Source: an uncultured Nitrospinaceae bacterium
GTDB lineage: Bacteria; UBA8248
DNA length: 64,000 nucleotides
Assembly: GCA_964558115.1 (NCBI GenBank)
Contig: CAZLCI010000001.1
Coordinates: 6,336-70,335 of the forward strand
Direction: 5' to 3'
Positions 29,896-39,449 of this stretch are shown piece by piece; the first letter of the stretch is position 1; each line of letters starts with the position of its first letter. A model generated the notes under the pieces. The model saw only the letters and a program-made list of their open reading frames with translations. It did not search any database and was not told the DNA's origin. A program made the translations under genes and the position numbers.

Positions 29896-30759
29896 TTAAA
29901 AAAGTACTCTTCTAGGACTTTTCTTTGGTCTATCTCCTGGAAAGGTAATACCACTTGCATTAATCCCCATATCCACCATCATTTTTGCTAACATGATTGA
30001 GCAACTGTATCCTTCGAGTACAGGAACTTCCCATCCCAACTCAGACAATCGTTTTTGTAAAAAAGGTTGAAGCCAGAACATACCAGAACATCCAAATGTT
30101 AAAACTTCAGCGCCATCCTCTTTTAAAGCCGATTCCGCTTCTTCTACAGCTCTTTCAACTGCATCTGAATGCTCACCATTTAAGGCTTTAATGTTTTCCT
30201 GTGTGAGATCTGGTTCCCCATCATAACCAGGTCTTGGGTGGTAGTATCCAATGTTTCTTATTGAAGCACATCTTCTATCAAAACGATGTTGAACAACAAG
30301 ATTGTAGTAATACATGTTATGTGGTTCGGCAAAATCTATAACGCTGAATTTATTACCAAGCATAGTAGCAATATGCATTTGTGAAAAACCGCAGGATGTA
30401 ACGACAACGTTATTTTTTCGGCAGATTTCTCTAGATTCAAGAAAACCGGGTTCTCCACCTCCCAAGAGAATTATTCCGTTATATTTCCCACTTTCAGCAG
30501 CCTCACGAACCGCAGGAAGGCGAGCTGAAGCGGCATATGCAAATTCTTCTCTATTTTCTACTGCCCAATCACCATATTGAGGTACTCCACCAAGATGTAT
30601 TTCCCAATCTACGTCCTCAAGTAAATGCGAAATATCTTTATAATTTCTTAAAGCTTCTTCTTTTGGAAGATTTGCTCTTGAAGCGTAATATTTACTTTTA
30701 CCTGGTATCTCGAATGCTTGAACTAATAAAAAGCGATATTTTGCATTTTTCCCAGACAT
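29896..30759 (-). CDS. Asp/Glu/hydantoin racemase-superfamily protein (tentative)
   Basis: 287 aa; paired Cys-containing half-sites (VTSCGFSQ ... TFGCSGM) reminiscent of hydantoin racemase/arylmalonate decarboxylase fold. Confidence 0.4.
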   Translation of the reverse strand: MSGKNAKYRFLLVQAFEIPGKSKYYASRANLPKEEALRNYKDISHLLEDVDWEIHLGGVPQYGDWAVENREEFAYAASARLPAVREAAESGKYNGIILLGGGEPGFLESREICRKNNVVVTSCGFSQMHIATMLGNKFSVIDFAEPHNMYYYNLVVQHRFDRRCASIRNIGYYHPRPGYDGEPDLTQENIKALNGEHSDAVERAVEEAESALKEDGAEVLTFGCSGMFWLQPFLQKRLSELGWEVPVLEGYSCSIMLAKMMVDMGINASGITFPGDRPKKSPRRVLF

Positions 30760-30794
30760 ATGTTCCTCCTTAAAGCATTAGTTAAAAATATTAT

Positions 30795-31286
30795 CTATGA
30801 AATCGACATTTTAATAACTTCATCAAATTCTTTTTTCTCTACTGGCTGTACACTTAATCTTTGTCCTTTCTGAGTCACACGCATTTCTTTTAGTTTTGGA
30901 TTTGATTTAAGTTCTTCTAAAGTGACAATTTTTTTTAGTCTCATTATTGGTTGAACGTCTACCATAAACCATCTTGGATTTTCTTTAGATGCTTTTACGT
31001 CATAATAGATAGATTTTTTATCTAGAGCTGTATGATCAGGATATGATTCACGAACTATTTCCACAATTCCAACGATATGTGGGGGTTTGCAATTAGAATG
31101 ATAGAAAAAGGCTTGGTCTCCGATTTTCATCGATATCATTAGATTTCGTGCTTGATAATTTCTGACCCCATCCCAACAAGCCTGATTACTTGGTTCAGAG
31201 AGTAAATCGTCAAAAGAATATGATTCTGGTTCACTTTTCATTAGCCAATATTGAATTTTGTTTTTTTTAGAATCTGATTTTTTCAT
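30795..31286 (-). CDS. EVE (PUA-like) domain protein
   Basis: 163 aa; YWLMKSEPESYSFDDL ... VRNYQARN signature. Confidence 0.7.
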   Translation of the reverse strand: MKKSDSKKNKIQYWLMKSEPESYSFDDLLSEPSNQACWDGVRNYQARNLMISMKIGDQAFFYHSNCKPPHIVGIVEIVRESYPDHTALDKKSIYYDVKASKENPRWFMVDVQPIMRLKKIVTLEELKSNPKLKEMRVTQKGQRLSVQPVEKKEFDEVIKMSIS

Positions 31287-31402
31287 GCAACGATCCTTTG
31301 AAAAAAAGAAAAGAACAATTTCAATTAGAAATTTTGTTTAAATCATTATATTCAAATTAAGAGGAGAAATTCTAGTGAACAGCCATGTTTTATTTTTATT
31401 AC

Positions 31403-32320
31403 CTATTTGGTCTCATGAAATTTAATTGTATGATAAACAAAATCATTGATGGGTGTAGGAATTTTATGTTTTTCTCCCAACTTAGAAACAAATCCACAAA
31501 GAGAATCTATTTCTGTTTTTTTCCCTGCTTCTAAGTCATGACACAAACTCCCTTTACTTGAAGGGTCTTGTTCTTTAATAAAATTGAATCTGTCTTCATC
31601 TGTTCCTATAGGAAGATTGATTCCTTCGGCTTTTGAAATATCATAGACTTCTTTCATCATTGAACGAGTCATAGTTTTCGTGCCTTCATATTTCATAATC
31701 TCTCCAATTGAGGAGCGAGTTAAGGCCGTCATACCCCCAACAGCGCAAATAAAAATAAATTTCGTCCATAATTCTTTGAGAATATTTTGAGAAAGAAATG
31801 CATTAATTTTTGCCTTTTTCATAACATTTAGTATTTTTTCGGATCTTTCGGTATGAACACCATCTAACTCCCCAAAAACTAATTTTCTGGGACCTCCAAT
31901 CTGAGAAATTACTCCTGGGCTAGTCACAGAAGTGAAAATATATGCAGCCCCACCCATAATTTTTTCTTTACCATAAAAATCGGCAAGTTGTTTCTCATTA
32001 TCTACACCATTTTGTAAGTTAATTATTGTTGTATTCTTTCCAACCATCGGTTCTATTGCAGGAATTAAAGATTTGTTAGATATAGTTTTCACACAAAAAA
32101 GAATTACGTCACAAGTACCAATTTTTTTGGGATCTTCCGTAAAGGAGGCATTTTTAATTACAAAATCCTTGGGTTCGATACATTTTATATGCAAACCATT
32201 TTTACTCATAGATTCGAGATGTTTTCCGCGTGCTACAAAGTGAGTCTCGTTTCCTGAAGCAGAAAGGAGACCTCCAAAATATCCACCAACACCGCCACAT
32301 GCCATAATTCCAAATTTCAT
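31403..32320 (-). CDS. panE: 2-dehydropantoate 2-reductase
   Basis: 305 aa; MKFGIMACGGVGGYFGG Rossmann start, ApbA/PanE layout. Confidence 0.8.
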   Translation of the reverse strand: MKFGIMACGGVGGYFGGLLSASGNETHFVARGKHLESMSKNGLHIKCIEPKDFVIKNASFTEDPKKIGTCDVILFCVKTISNKSLIPAIEPMVGKNTTIINLQNGVDNEKQLADFYGKEKIMGGAAYIFTSVTSPGVISQIGGPRKLVFGELDGVHTERSEKILNVMKKAKINAFLSQNILKELWTKFIFICAVGGMTALTRSSIGEIMKYEGTKTMTRSMMKEVYDISKAEGINLPIGTDEDRFNFIKEQDPSSKGSLCHDLEAGKKTEIDSLCGFVSKLGEKHKIPTPINDFVYHTIKFHETK

Positions 32321-32360
32321 TTCTTGCCCTGCATTAGAAAGGTTTTTTGTAAGAAAAATC

Positions 32361-33047
32361 TTATTTCAGCTTAAAAAGGTGATCAGAACCACTCCAAGGT
32401 GCAATATATTCCCATTTTTTTTCTTCAGCCATTTGTAAAAAATATGGAAAATCATCTTTCCAAACTTCAACTAATAAAAAATCAATAATTTTCGAGTTAT
32501 GGTCATATCCATTTAGTACTTCGAAAACGTCCCCTTCAACGTCAAGTATCATTATATCGACGTGGTTAATAGAATGTTTTTCTAGTAGAGAATCTAAAGG
32601 TGTATTTTTTGCAAAAAAAGTTTTGTTCTTTGTTTCTTCAATAATTTCTTGATTATATCGATTGTAAGTTGAATCCGAATGTAAATTATGTCCGACTTTT
32701 CTTGAACTTCTTTGTGCATCTCTCATTTGCGTTGTTGAAGAAGTATTTGAAAAATCAGTAAGGAAGAAATTTTCAACGATACAATTTTTTCTGAATCGTT
32801 TGCAATAATTAAATTGTTCTGGTGTTGGTTCAATTAATAAACCAGTCCAGCCATAATTCTGTTCTAAAAAAAGTGTATGTGATTCAATAAAACCTTCTGC
32901 TGCACCAGCTTCTATGAAAAAGCCATTCTTTTTATAGGAAAAAAGTTCTGCGATTCTCTTATCTAATCTATTTCTACTTGTGTAATAACCAATATTAGAT
33001 AGATGCCTAGTTAAGAATCTCCGAATACTATTTGAGAATTTAATCAA
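32361..33047 (-). CDS. FkbM-family SAM-dependent methyltransferase
   Basis: 228 aa; FIEAGAAEGF ... ILDVEG motifs. Confidence 0.55.
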   Translation of the reverse strand: MIKFSNSIRRFLTRHLSNIGYYTSRNRLDKRIAELFSYKKNGFFIEAGAAEGFIESHTLFLEQNYGWTGLLIEPTPEQFNYCKRFRKNCIVENFFLTDFSNTSSTTQMRDAQRSSRKVGHNLHSDSTYNRYNQEIIEETKNKTFFAKNTPLDSLLEKHSINHVDIMILDVEGDVFEVLNGYDHNSKIIDFLLVEVWKDDFPYFLQMAEEKKWEYIAPWSGSDHLFKLK

Positions 33048-33084
33048 AGTGATTTTTTTCTAAGTGGTTTTGAAATAAAAGAAA

Positions 33085-33924
33085 TCAATTATTTTGATTG
33101 TCGTTTTTGTCACCGTTAGTATCCATAACATTTATACTTTGGAGATTTTGTTCTAAACCAATTTCAGAAAGATATTCCTCTGGATTTGGCATATCAGAAA
33201 TACTTTTAAATCCAAAGTGTTTAAGAAATAAAGGAGTAGTGCCGTAAACTATGGGTTTCCCAAGGACATCTTTTCTTCCCATGATTTTAATTATATTTTT
33301 TTCTAATAACGTATTCATAACACCACTACAATCCACTCTTCTGATTTCTTCAACTTCTATCCGAGTAATAGGTTGTTTGTATGAAATAATTGCAAGTGTT
33401 TCGAGTGCAGCTTGAGACAATTTTTTGCTTTTTTCTTTTCTTAGAAGTTTTCTCACCCAAGGATGAAATTCGGATCTAGTCCTAATTTGGAAACCTTCGG
33501 CTATCTCTAGTATTTGAAAGGTTTTATCTTTATATTCATCTACCAGACCCAGAAGAATTTTTCTTACTTTTTTTACATCAATATTTTCTACTCCTCTAAA
33601 TACGGCAGAAATATCACGTGCACGGAGAGGTTCTTTTGAAGCAAAAAGAAGAGTTTCTACTATTTTTTTCGCTTCACTTTCTTCTATAATTAGAGGAATT
33701 TCTTCTGATTTTTTTACTTCTTCTTCACCGGCAACTAGATCGAAAGTAGCATGAGTAGGCAACTCTTCCATAGCTTCCATTTGATGGTCTGCAAGAGCCT
33801 TAGCACTTTCTTCAGGAGAAGAAGTATGATCTGAAGCTAACTCAAATTTCGATTGTTCGTCTTTATTCATTAAGCACCGCCTTTTTAATTCTGATTTCTG
33901 AAAAACTTTGATTTTGAAAAACAA
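33085..33924 (-). CDS. scpB: Segregation and condensation protein B (annotated start probably too far upstream; likely starts at MNKDEQ, ~33870)
   Basis: 279 aa; IVETLLFASKEPL core, winged-helix repeats; 62-nt overlap with scpA disappears with internal start. Confidence 0.8.
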   Translation of the reverse strand: MFFKIKVFQKSELKRRCLMNKDEQSKFELASDHTSSPEESAKALADHQMEAMEELPTHATFDLVAGEEEVKKSEEIPLIIEESEAKKIVETLLFASKEPLRARDISAVFRGVENIDVKKVRKILLGLVDEYKDKTFQILEIAEGFQIRTRSEFHPWVRKLLRKEKSKKLSQAALETLAIISYKQPITRIEVEEIRRVDCSGVMNTLLEKNIIKIMGRKDVLGKPIVYGTTPLFLKHFGFKSISDMPNPEEYLSEIGLEQNLQSINVMDTNGDKNDNQNN

Positions 33925-34804
33925 TGATCAAATTTCTTTTTATGAGTTCAAGTAGAGCAAGAAATGTGGCAACGATTGTTAAAGTTCTCTTGTTTTCTAG
34001 AATTTTTTCGAAAGCTATGCCATCAGAGCCTAAATTTTTTATGAAATCCAAGATATAGTTTTGCCTGTCAGCTACTTCTAATTCGTCTATTTCAACTAAA
34101 TGTACATTTTCTCCATCTTCTAAGGTAAGCATATTCTTCATTGCGTTCATGAGTTCAAAAGTTGTCAGAATGATCTTCCCGTCCTCTTCAGGGTCAATTT
34201 TTCTTATGATAGATTCTATTTCTTGATCACCACCTCTTTCAAAATGGAGTGATTGTTCTTCTTCGGCAATTTTAAAGTAACCGCTTAAATTTTTATATTT
34301 TTGATATTCTATTAATTGTTTTTGTAACTCTTGGCGAAGCATTTCTGGGTCTTCTTCAAGAAGTTCTTCACCATCAGTTTTAGGTAGTAAGGTTCTACTT
34401 TTAATGTAAATAAGCCAAGAAGCCATAACTAGATATTCTGATGCAAGATTAATATTTAAATTTTTCATCAAGTTTACATATTCCATATATTGGTTTGTTA
34501 TAAATGTAATTGGAATGTCGTTTATATTTAATTCATGTTCTTTTACTAAGTTAAGAAGTAGTTCTAGAGGACCTTCGAAAACTTGCAATTTTACTCTGAA
34601 TTTATTTTCTTCTTTTGTAGTAAGAAATTCAGGTTGATCAACATTTCTAGATGAAAGCTGTATTGAAGGTTGTTGTTCTTGATGCAAACTTTCAATCCAA
34701 TCCTCAGAATGAATATCTTGAGAATTCCCATCTCTTTTTTGTTTCAGGACAGGTTTTTTTATCTCTGGAGATGAAGTCGAATTACTATGAACTGTTTCTT
34801 TCAA
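33863..34804 (-). CDS. scpA: Segregation and condensation protein A
   Basis: 313 aa; LELLLNLVKEHELNINDIPI ... kleisin ScpA signature. Confidence 0.8.
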   Translation of the reverse strand: MKETVHSNSTSSPEIKKPVLKQKRDGNSQDIHSEDWIESLHQEQQPSIQLSSRNVDQPEFLTTKEENKFRVKLQVFEGPLELLLNLVKEHELNINDIPITFITNQYMEYVNLMKNLNINLASEYLVMASWLIYIKSRTLLPKTDGEELLEEDPEMLRQELQKQLIEYQKYKNLSGYFKIAEEEQSLHFERGGDQEIESIIRKIDPEEDGKIILTTFELMNAMKNMLTLEDGENVHLVEIDELEVADRQNYILDFIKNLGSDGIAFEKILENKRTLTIVATFLALLELIKRNLIIVFQNQSFSEIRIKKAVLNE

Positions 34805-34990
34805 GTTTACTTACCCAAGATTAGGGGGGTGGCGGATTAAGCAATAAACCAATAGACTATAACAACAACTAGCGTAGGCAATTCACCTATAATTGTCAAT
34901 AAGATTCTATTTGTTAGAATTTAAATTGGAATCGTGTTTAAATGTACAATTGTAGCTTAATTATATTTGTCGTTTTGCTGAAGGTTTCGC

Positions 34991-35803
34991 ATGAAATCTA
35001 AACTTTTATCTTTGTCTGATGCCGTTTCGCTAGTGGAGAACGGGCAGATGTTGGCTTTAGGTGGGAACTCATTTTCCAGAATTCCCTCTTCGTTTGTTCG
35101 TGAACTTGCACGTCAAAAAAAAAGAAACCTATCATTAGTAAAAACTGCAGGTGGTTATGATATCGATCTTCTATGTTTTTCTGAAGTCGTTTCTGAAGTG
35201 ACTGTTGGATATGTTGGATTTGAGAATATTTTTGGCTTATGTCCATCTTTTCGAAGATCAGTTGAGTCTGGAATAGTGAAAGTTCAAGAACACGCATGTG
35301 CAACCGTTATTGCAGCATTGCGTGCATCTTCTTACGGTATTCCTAGTCAGCCTATAGCTGGTCTGCAGGGAAGCGATGTTCCTAAAATGACTGGTTTTGA
35401 TAAAATATCTGATCCTTACACTGGAGAGGAAATTTTCATGATCCCTTCTATTACACCAGATTGGGCAATTATTCATGTTCCTTACTCGGATAAATTTGGA
35501 AATGCGAGAATAGAAGGTGGAGTATTTGAAGATATTCTAATGACAAGAGCCTCAAAACAAGTAATTTTAACAACTGAAAAAATTAAAGAAACGTCTTTTT
35601 TTCAGGAAAATCCTATGAAAACTAAAATTCCGTCTTTCCTAGTAAGGGCTGTAGTACAAGTAGAAAAGGGAGCATTCCCAATGTCATGCTATCCTTTTTA
35701 TGATTATGATGAGGAAGTTATGAAAAAATATTTTTTACAATCAAAATCCAATAATACAATAGAAGAGCATCTTGTTTCTTTAGAAAATATAGATTACGCA
35801 TAG
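34991..35803 (+). CDS. CoA-transferase family I, subunit A (glutaconate CoA-transferase-like)
   Basis: 270 aa; SLSDAVSLVENGQMLALGGNSFSRIP N-terminal signature. Confidence 0.7.
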   Translation: MKSKLLSLSDAVSLVENGQMLALGGNSFSRIPSSFVRELARQKKRNLSLVKTAGGYDIDLLCFSEVVSEVTVGYVGFENIFGLCPSFRRSVESGIVKVQEHACATVIAALRASSYGIPSQPIAGLQGSDVPKMTGFDKISDPYTGEEIFMIPSITPDWAIIHVPYSDKFGNARIEGGVFEDILMTRASKQVILTTEKIKETSFFQENPMKTKIPSFLVRAVVQVEKGAFPMSCYPFYDYDEEVMKKYFLQSKSNNTIEEHLVSLENIDYA

Positions 35804-35823
35804 GAAAAAGAAATAGGTTTCAG

Positions 35824-36567
35824 ATGAATAATTCTCAAGTTTCTGTAGAGACTAAAGAAATTGCAGATAGGATGGTTGTTTTCCTTGCAAGAGAGATTAG
35901 AGACTATGAAACAGTCTTTCATGGTGTTTCTTCTATTTTACCTATGGTAGCAATTTCTTTGGCAAGGGTAACTAAAGCACCAAATATTACATATCTTAAT
36001 ATTCCTGGTGGAGTGGATCCAATTCCTTCAAAATTGCCATTAACGACAGTTGGTATACAACTAATGGAAGGCAATAGATCATTTTTCTCTCTTTCTGAAA
36101 TTTTTGATCTTTCTGCTAGAGGGAAATTAGATTTGGCTTTTTTGAGTGGTGCTCAAATAGATTCATTTGGAAATATAAATCTTTCTTTTATAGGGGAATC
36201 TGAAAAACCTAAGACAAAATTTCCTGGTGGTGCGGGGAGTGCAATGCTACTTCCTACGGCGAAACGAGTTGTCTTATGGAGAACCGTTCATACAAAAAGA
36301 ACATTTCCTAAGGATTGTTCTTTTATAACAGCAGCAGGAAATGTCGATAAAATAGTTACACCACTTTGTATTTTCAAAAAAACAGAACGGAATCTTTCTT
36401 TGCATAGTAAACATTATGGGACTGACGAAAAAAGTTTACGTGAATGTACTGGTTTTGATATTGGAAGTTTCGAAAATTGTCCTGAAACAGTTGAACCTTC
36501 TAGTGAAGAAATCGCTGCTTTAAATCAGGTTGACCCATGTGGAATTCGCTATAGAGAATTTGATTAA
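35824..36567 (+). CDS. CoA-transferase family I, subunit B
   Basis: 247 aa; follows subunit A; GAQIDSFGNINL region. Confidence 0.65.
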   Translation: MNNSQVSVETKEIADRMVVFLAREIRDYETVFHGVSSILPMVAISLARVTKAPNITYLNIPGGVDPIPSKLPLTTVGIQLMEGNRSFFSLSEIFDLSARGKLDLAFLSGAQIDSFGNINLSFIGESEKPKTKFPGGAGSAMLLPTAKRVVLWRTVHTKRTFPKDCSFITAAGNVDKIVTPLCIFKKTERNLSLHSKHYGTDEKSLRECTGFDIGSFENCPETVEPSSEEIAALNQVDPCGIRYREFD

Positions 36568-36570
36568 AAA

Positions 36571-37497
36571 ATGAAAAATTATATTTTTGATGTTGTCGGT
36601 CTTGGTCTTAATTCAGTTGATTTATTATGCGAGTTAGGAACCTTTCCTGTTTTTAATTCAAAATCTGAGGCTAGGAATATTAACTATGAAGGCGGTGGTC
36701 AAGTTGCAACTGCAATGGTTGCACTTTCAAGATTGGGACTGAATGTTTCTTATATAGGTTCAATCGGAGATGATGAACTTGGGAAATTTTCTATAGACAG
36801 TCTTCGTAATGAAGGGGTAAATGTTGAAAATGTAACTATACAGACTGGTTTGTCTAGTCAGTTTGCAATTGTATTGGTTCAAAGAGAGGGAGAAGAAGAA
36901 TTACGTGGCGGGAGAACAATCATATGGAAAAGAGATACTTTTATAGCGCCAGAAGATGTAGATCCCAAACTTATTACATCCTCAAAATTTTTACATATCG
37001 ATGGGCATAATCTACATGCAGAAATTCTTGCATGTGAGATTGCCAAAAGTGAAGGAACATTAATTTCTTTTGATGCAGAACGTGTTTTTACCGGGATAGA
37101 AAAATTGATAGAAAAAACTGATTTTTTGATATCATCAGAACATTTTCCTAAAGAATTTACGGGCAAAAAAAATCCATTCGAGTCCTTGGAAGAGATCTTT
37201 TCATTAGGACCAAAATTGGTTGGAATGACTCTCGGATATAGGGGTGTACTAGCCTATGATGGTAGTACTTTTTATGAAGTTGAAGCTTTTCCTGTAGATG
37301 TTGTAGATACAACTGGTGCAGGAGATGCATTCCATGCAGGGTTCCTGTATGGTCAACTAAAGAATTTTTCTATTGAGGAATCTCTTCGGTACGGAAATGC
37401 TGTTGCTGCAATAAATTGCACAAAACTTGGAGGACGTTCTGCTCTTCCTTCTTCAGAGGAAGTTTCTGATTTTTTGCGTATTAACAAAAAGGGATAA
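36571..37497 (+). CDS. PfkB-family carbohydrate/sugar-phosphate kinase
   Basis: 308 aa; VVGLGLNSVDLL start; DTTGAGDAFHAGFLYG anion-hole motif. Confidence 0.8.
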   Translation: MKNYIFDVVGLGLNSVDLLCELGTFPVFNSKSEARNINYEGGGQVATAMVALSRLGLNVSYIGSIGDDELGKFSIDSLRNEGVNVENVTIQTGLSSQFAIVLVQREGEEELRGGRTIIWKRDTFIAPEDVDPKLITSSKFLHIDGHNLHAEILACEIAKSEGTLISFDAERVFTGIEKLIEKTDFLISSEHFPKEFTGKKNPFESLEEIFSLGPKLVGMTLGYRGVLAYDGSTFYEVEAFPVDVVDTTGAGDAFHAGFLYGQLKNFSIEESLRYGNAVAAINCTKLGGRSALPSSEEVSDFLRINKKG

Positions 37498-37505
37498 TAA
37501 TTAAA

Positions 37506-38300
37506 ATGTGTTCGAGGATTTTCTTTTTTTTCTTATTTGGGTTTAGTTTTTTTATTTATGGATGTGATTTTTATCCGGTTTTTTCTGTGCCAAAAGAATC
37601 GGTATCAGGAGTTGTTCGTATAACCCCTCAACTTAAAAAAAGAGTGAAAAATGTAAGAACACTCTTTCTATATTTACAGTCTGAGCGAGGGGGGCCTCCT
37701 TTAGCTGTACAGAAATTAATTAATGTTAAGTTTCCTTACAATTTTATTCTAACAAAGAACGATTCGATGATGCCGGGAGTATCTTTTAGTGGTCGTGTTT
37801 TAGTTAGGGCAAGATTAGATGCTGACGGAATTGTCGGGCCTCTTACTAAAGGTGATTTTGAGGGTGTTTCTCGTGAAATTGTTCAAATCGGATCAAATAA
37901 TGTCAACGTTATTATTGCAAGAGAGGGAAAAAGCAATAAAAAATCAAAAAAAAATTCTTTGGTTAGAAAAATATCTGGGGTGATTACAATTGATGATTCT
38001 TTAGTTTCTTTTAAAAACAAAAAATCTGTCTTATATGTTATTGCCAAAAATAAAAATAGACCGGCTCCAGTCGCAGTTGTAAGAATAATGTCCCCTTCGT
38101 TTCCATTTAAGTTTGAATTATCTGAAAGAAATGTCATGATGAGAGGTGTGAAATTTGACGGGAGGTATCGAATTGTAGCTCGTCTTGATTTTGATGGTAT
38201 TGCTGGTCCAGTTGCAAAAGGAGACATGGAAGGTATCTCTAATGAGGAAATTTCCGTGGGGTCATCTAACGTACGTATTAAAATAAATAAAAAATATTAG
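37506..38300 (+). CDS. Hypothetical secreted/lipoprotein with two internal ~85-aa repeats
   Basis: 264 aa; signal peptide ending ...YGC; repeats GVSFSGRVLVRARLDADGIVGPLTKGDFEGVS...SNNVNVII and GVKFDGRYRIVARLDFDGIAGPVAKGDMEGIS...SSNVRIKI. Confidence 0.4.
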   Translation: MCSRIFFFFLFGFSFFIYGCDFYPVFSVPKESVSGVVRITPQLKKRVKNVRTLFLYLQSERGGPPLAVQKLINVKFPYNFILTKNDSMMPGVSFSGRVLVRARLDADGIVGPLTKGDFEGVSREIVQIGSNNVNVIIAREGKSNKKSKKNSLVRKISGVITIDDSLVSFKNKKSVLYVIAKNKNRPAPVAVVRIMSPSFPFKFELSERNVMMRGVKFDGRYRIVARLDFDGIAGPVAKGDMEGISNEEISVGSSNVRIKINKKY

Positions 38301-38427
38301 ATTGGTCATTTGAAGTAATTTTTATCTATAGCTTGAAAATGGCCGGTTTTTTGTTTAAATACTTTTAAATAGAAAATTTAGAATTTTATGTGTTTAATTA
38401 TAAAATCTTTCCAATAAGGAGAAATCA

Positions 38428-39435
38428 GTGATAATTGACCCTCATGCCCATATAGCTCCACCTAGTTTTATAGAGGATGTAAGAAAAGGTAGTTTTGGTG
38501 ATTCTGTAATTATTGAACCAGGTGAAGACTGGGAATTTTTAACAACTAAGAATACGGTTTTGGGACAGGAAAGAATTCATAAAAATCCTCTTCCAAAAAC
38601 AACTTATGATGTTGATCTTAGGCTTTCTGATATGAAGAATATGGGAGTTGATATGCAGGTTTTATCAGTCGTTCCTCCCATGACATTTTACGCTTTAGAT
38701 GCAGGATTGAACAAAGAAATCTCCTCATCCTTAAATGATGCTTTAACTGAATTGACTAAGACATATCCTGAACAATTTCATTGCATGGCCCAGATTCCGC
38801 TTCAAGATCCAGATGCTGCTGCTTCTGAATTAGATCGTGCTGTAAAAAATGGGCATAAAGGTTGCCAGATAGCATCAAATGTTGCAGGAACAAATCTTGA
38901 CGATTCTAGTCTTGATGTTGTATGGGCAAAGGCTTGTGAATTAGATGTCCCTGTTTTTATTCACCCTTCAGATGTTATGGGAGTAAATGATCGTCTTAAA
39001 GACTACTATCTTCGCAATTTTATTGGCAATCCTTTAGATACAACAATTTCGATGGCTTGCTTAATTTTTGGTGGTGTTTTTGACAGGTTCCCAAATATTA
39101 AATTTTTAGTTTCCCACACTGGAGGTTTTACTCCTTGGATTCGTGGTCGCTGGGAACACGGTTATGGTGAAAGACGTGAGCCGAAGGTTAATGGGGCAAA
39201 AAATCCTGAGCAATATATTGATAATTTTTATTATGACACAATAATTCATAATGCTGATTCTTTTGAATTTGCAGTCAACACTTTGGGCTCTGAACGAATT
39301 TTATATGGGACGGATTACCCGTTTGATATGGGTTATTTAGGTGCAGCAAAGGATATTCCTGGACTTTCGCGATTGTCGGATGCAGATCAAGATAAAATCT
39401 TGAGTGGGAATGTAAAAGAACTTTATAAAATATAA
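38428..39435 (+). CDS. Amidohydrolase-2 (PF04909, ACMSD-like metal-dependent decarboxylase/hydratase) paralog 1
   Basis: 335 aa; IDPHAHIAP start, conserved HPxD, HxGG, GTDYPFD C-terminal motif. Confidence 0.75.
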   Translation: MIIDPHAHIAPPSFIEDVRKGSFGDSVIIEPGEDWEFLTTKNTVLGQERIHKNPLPKTTYDVDLRLSDMKNMGVDMQVLSVVPPMTFYALDAGLNKEISSSLNDALTELTKTYPEQFHCMAQIPLQDPDAAASELDRAVKNGHKGCQIASNVAGTNLDDSSLDVVWAKACELDVPVFIHPSDVMGVNDRLKDYYLRNFIGNPLDTTISMACLIFGGVFDRFPNIKFLVSHTGGFTPWIRGRWEHGYGERREPKVNGAKNPEQYIDNFYYDTIIHNADSFEFAVNTLGSERILYGTDYPFDMGYLGAAKDIPGLSRLSDADQDKILSGNVKELYKI

Positions 39436-39449
39436 TTTCTTTTTAGACT

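Noticed and set aside
34805-34990. Possible tRNA or small RNA in the 186-bp gap upstream of scpA containing a G-rich stretch (gattaggggggtggcggatt)
   Set aside because: No cloverleaf-compatible acceptor/T-arm pairing could be drawn by eye and there is no GTTC-type T-loop. It was treated as a promoter/leader region.
38301-38427. Weak hairpin followed by a T-run (tggccggttttttg) after ORF 37506..38300 as a terminator
   Set aside because: The stem is only 3-4 bp (GGCC/GGCC-like), too short to call an intrinsic terminator with confidence.
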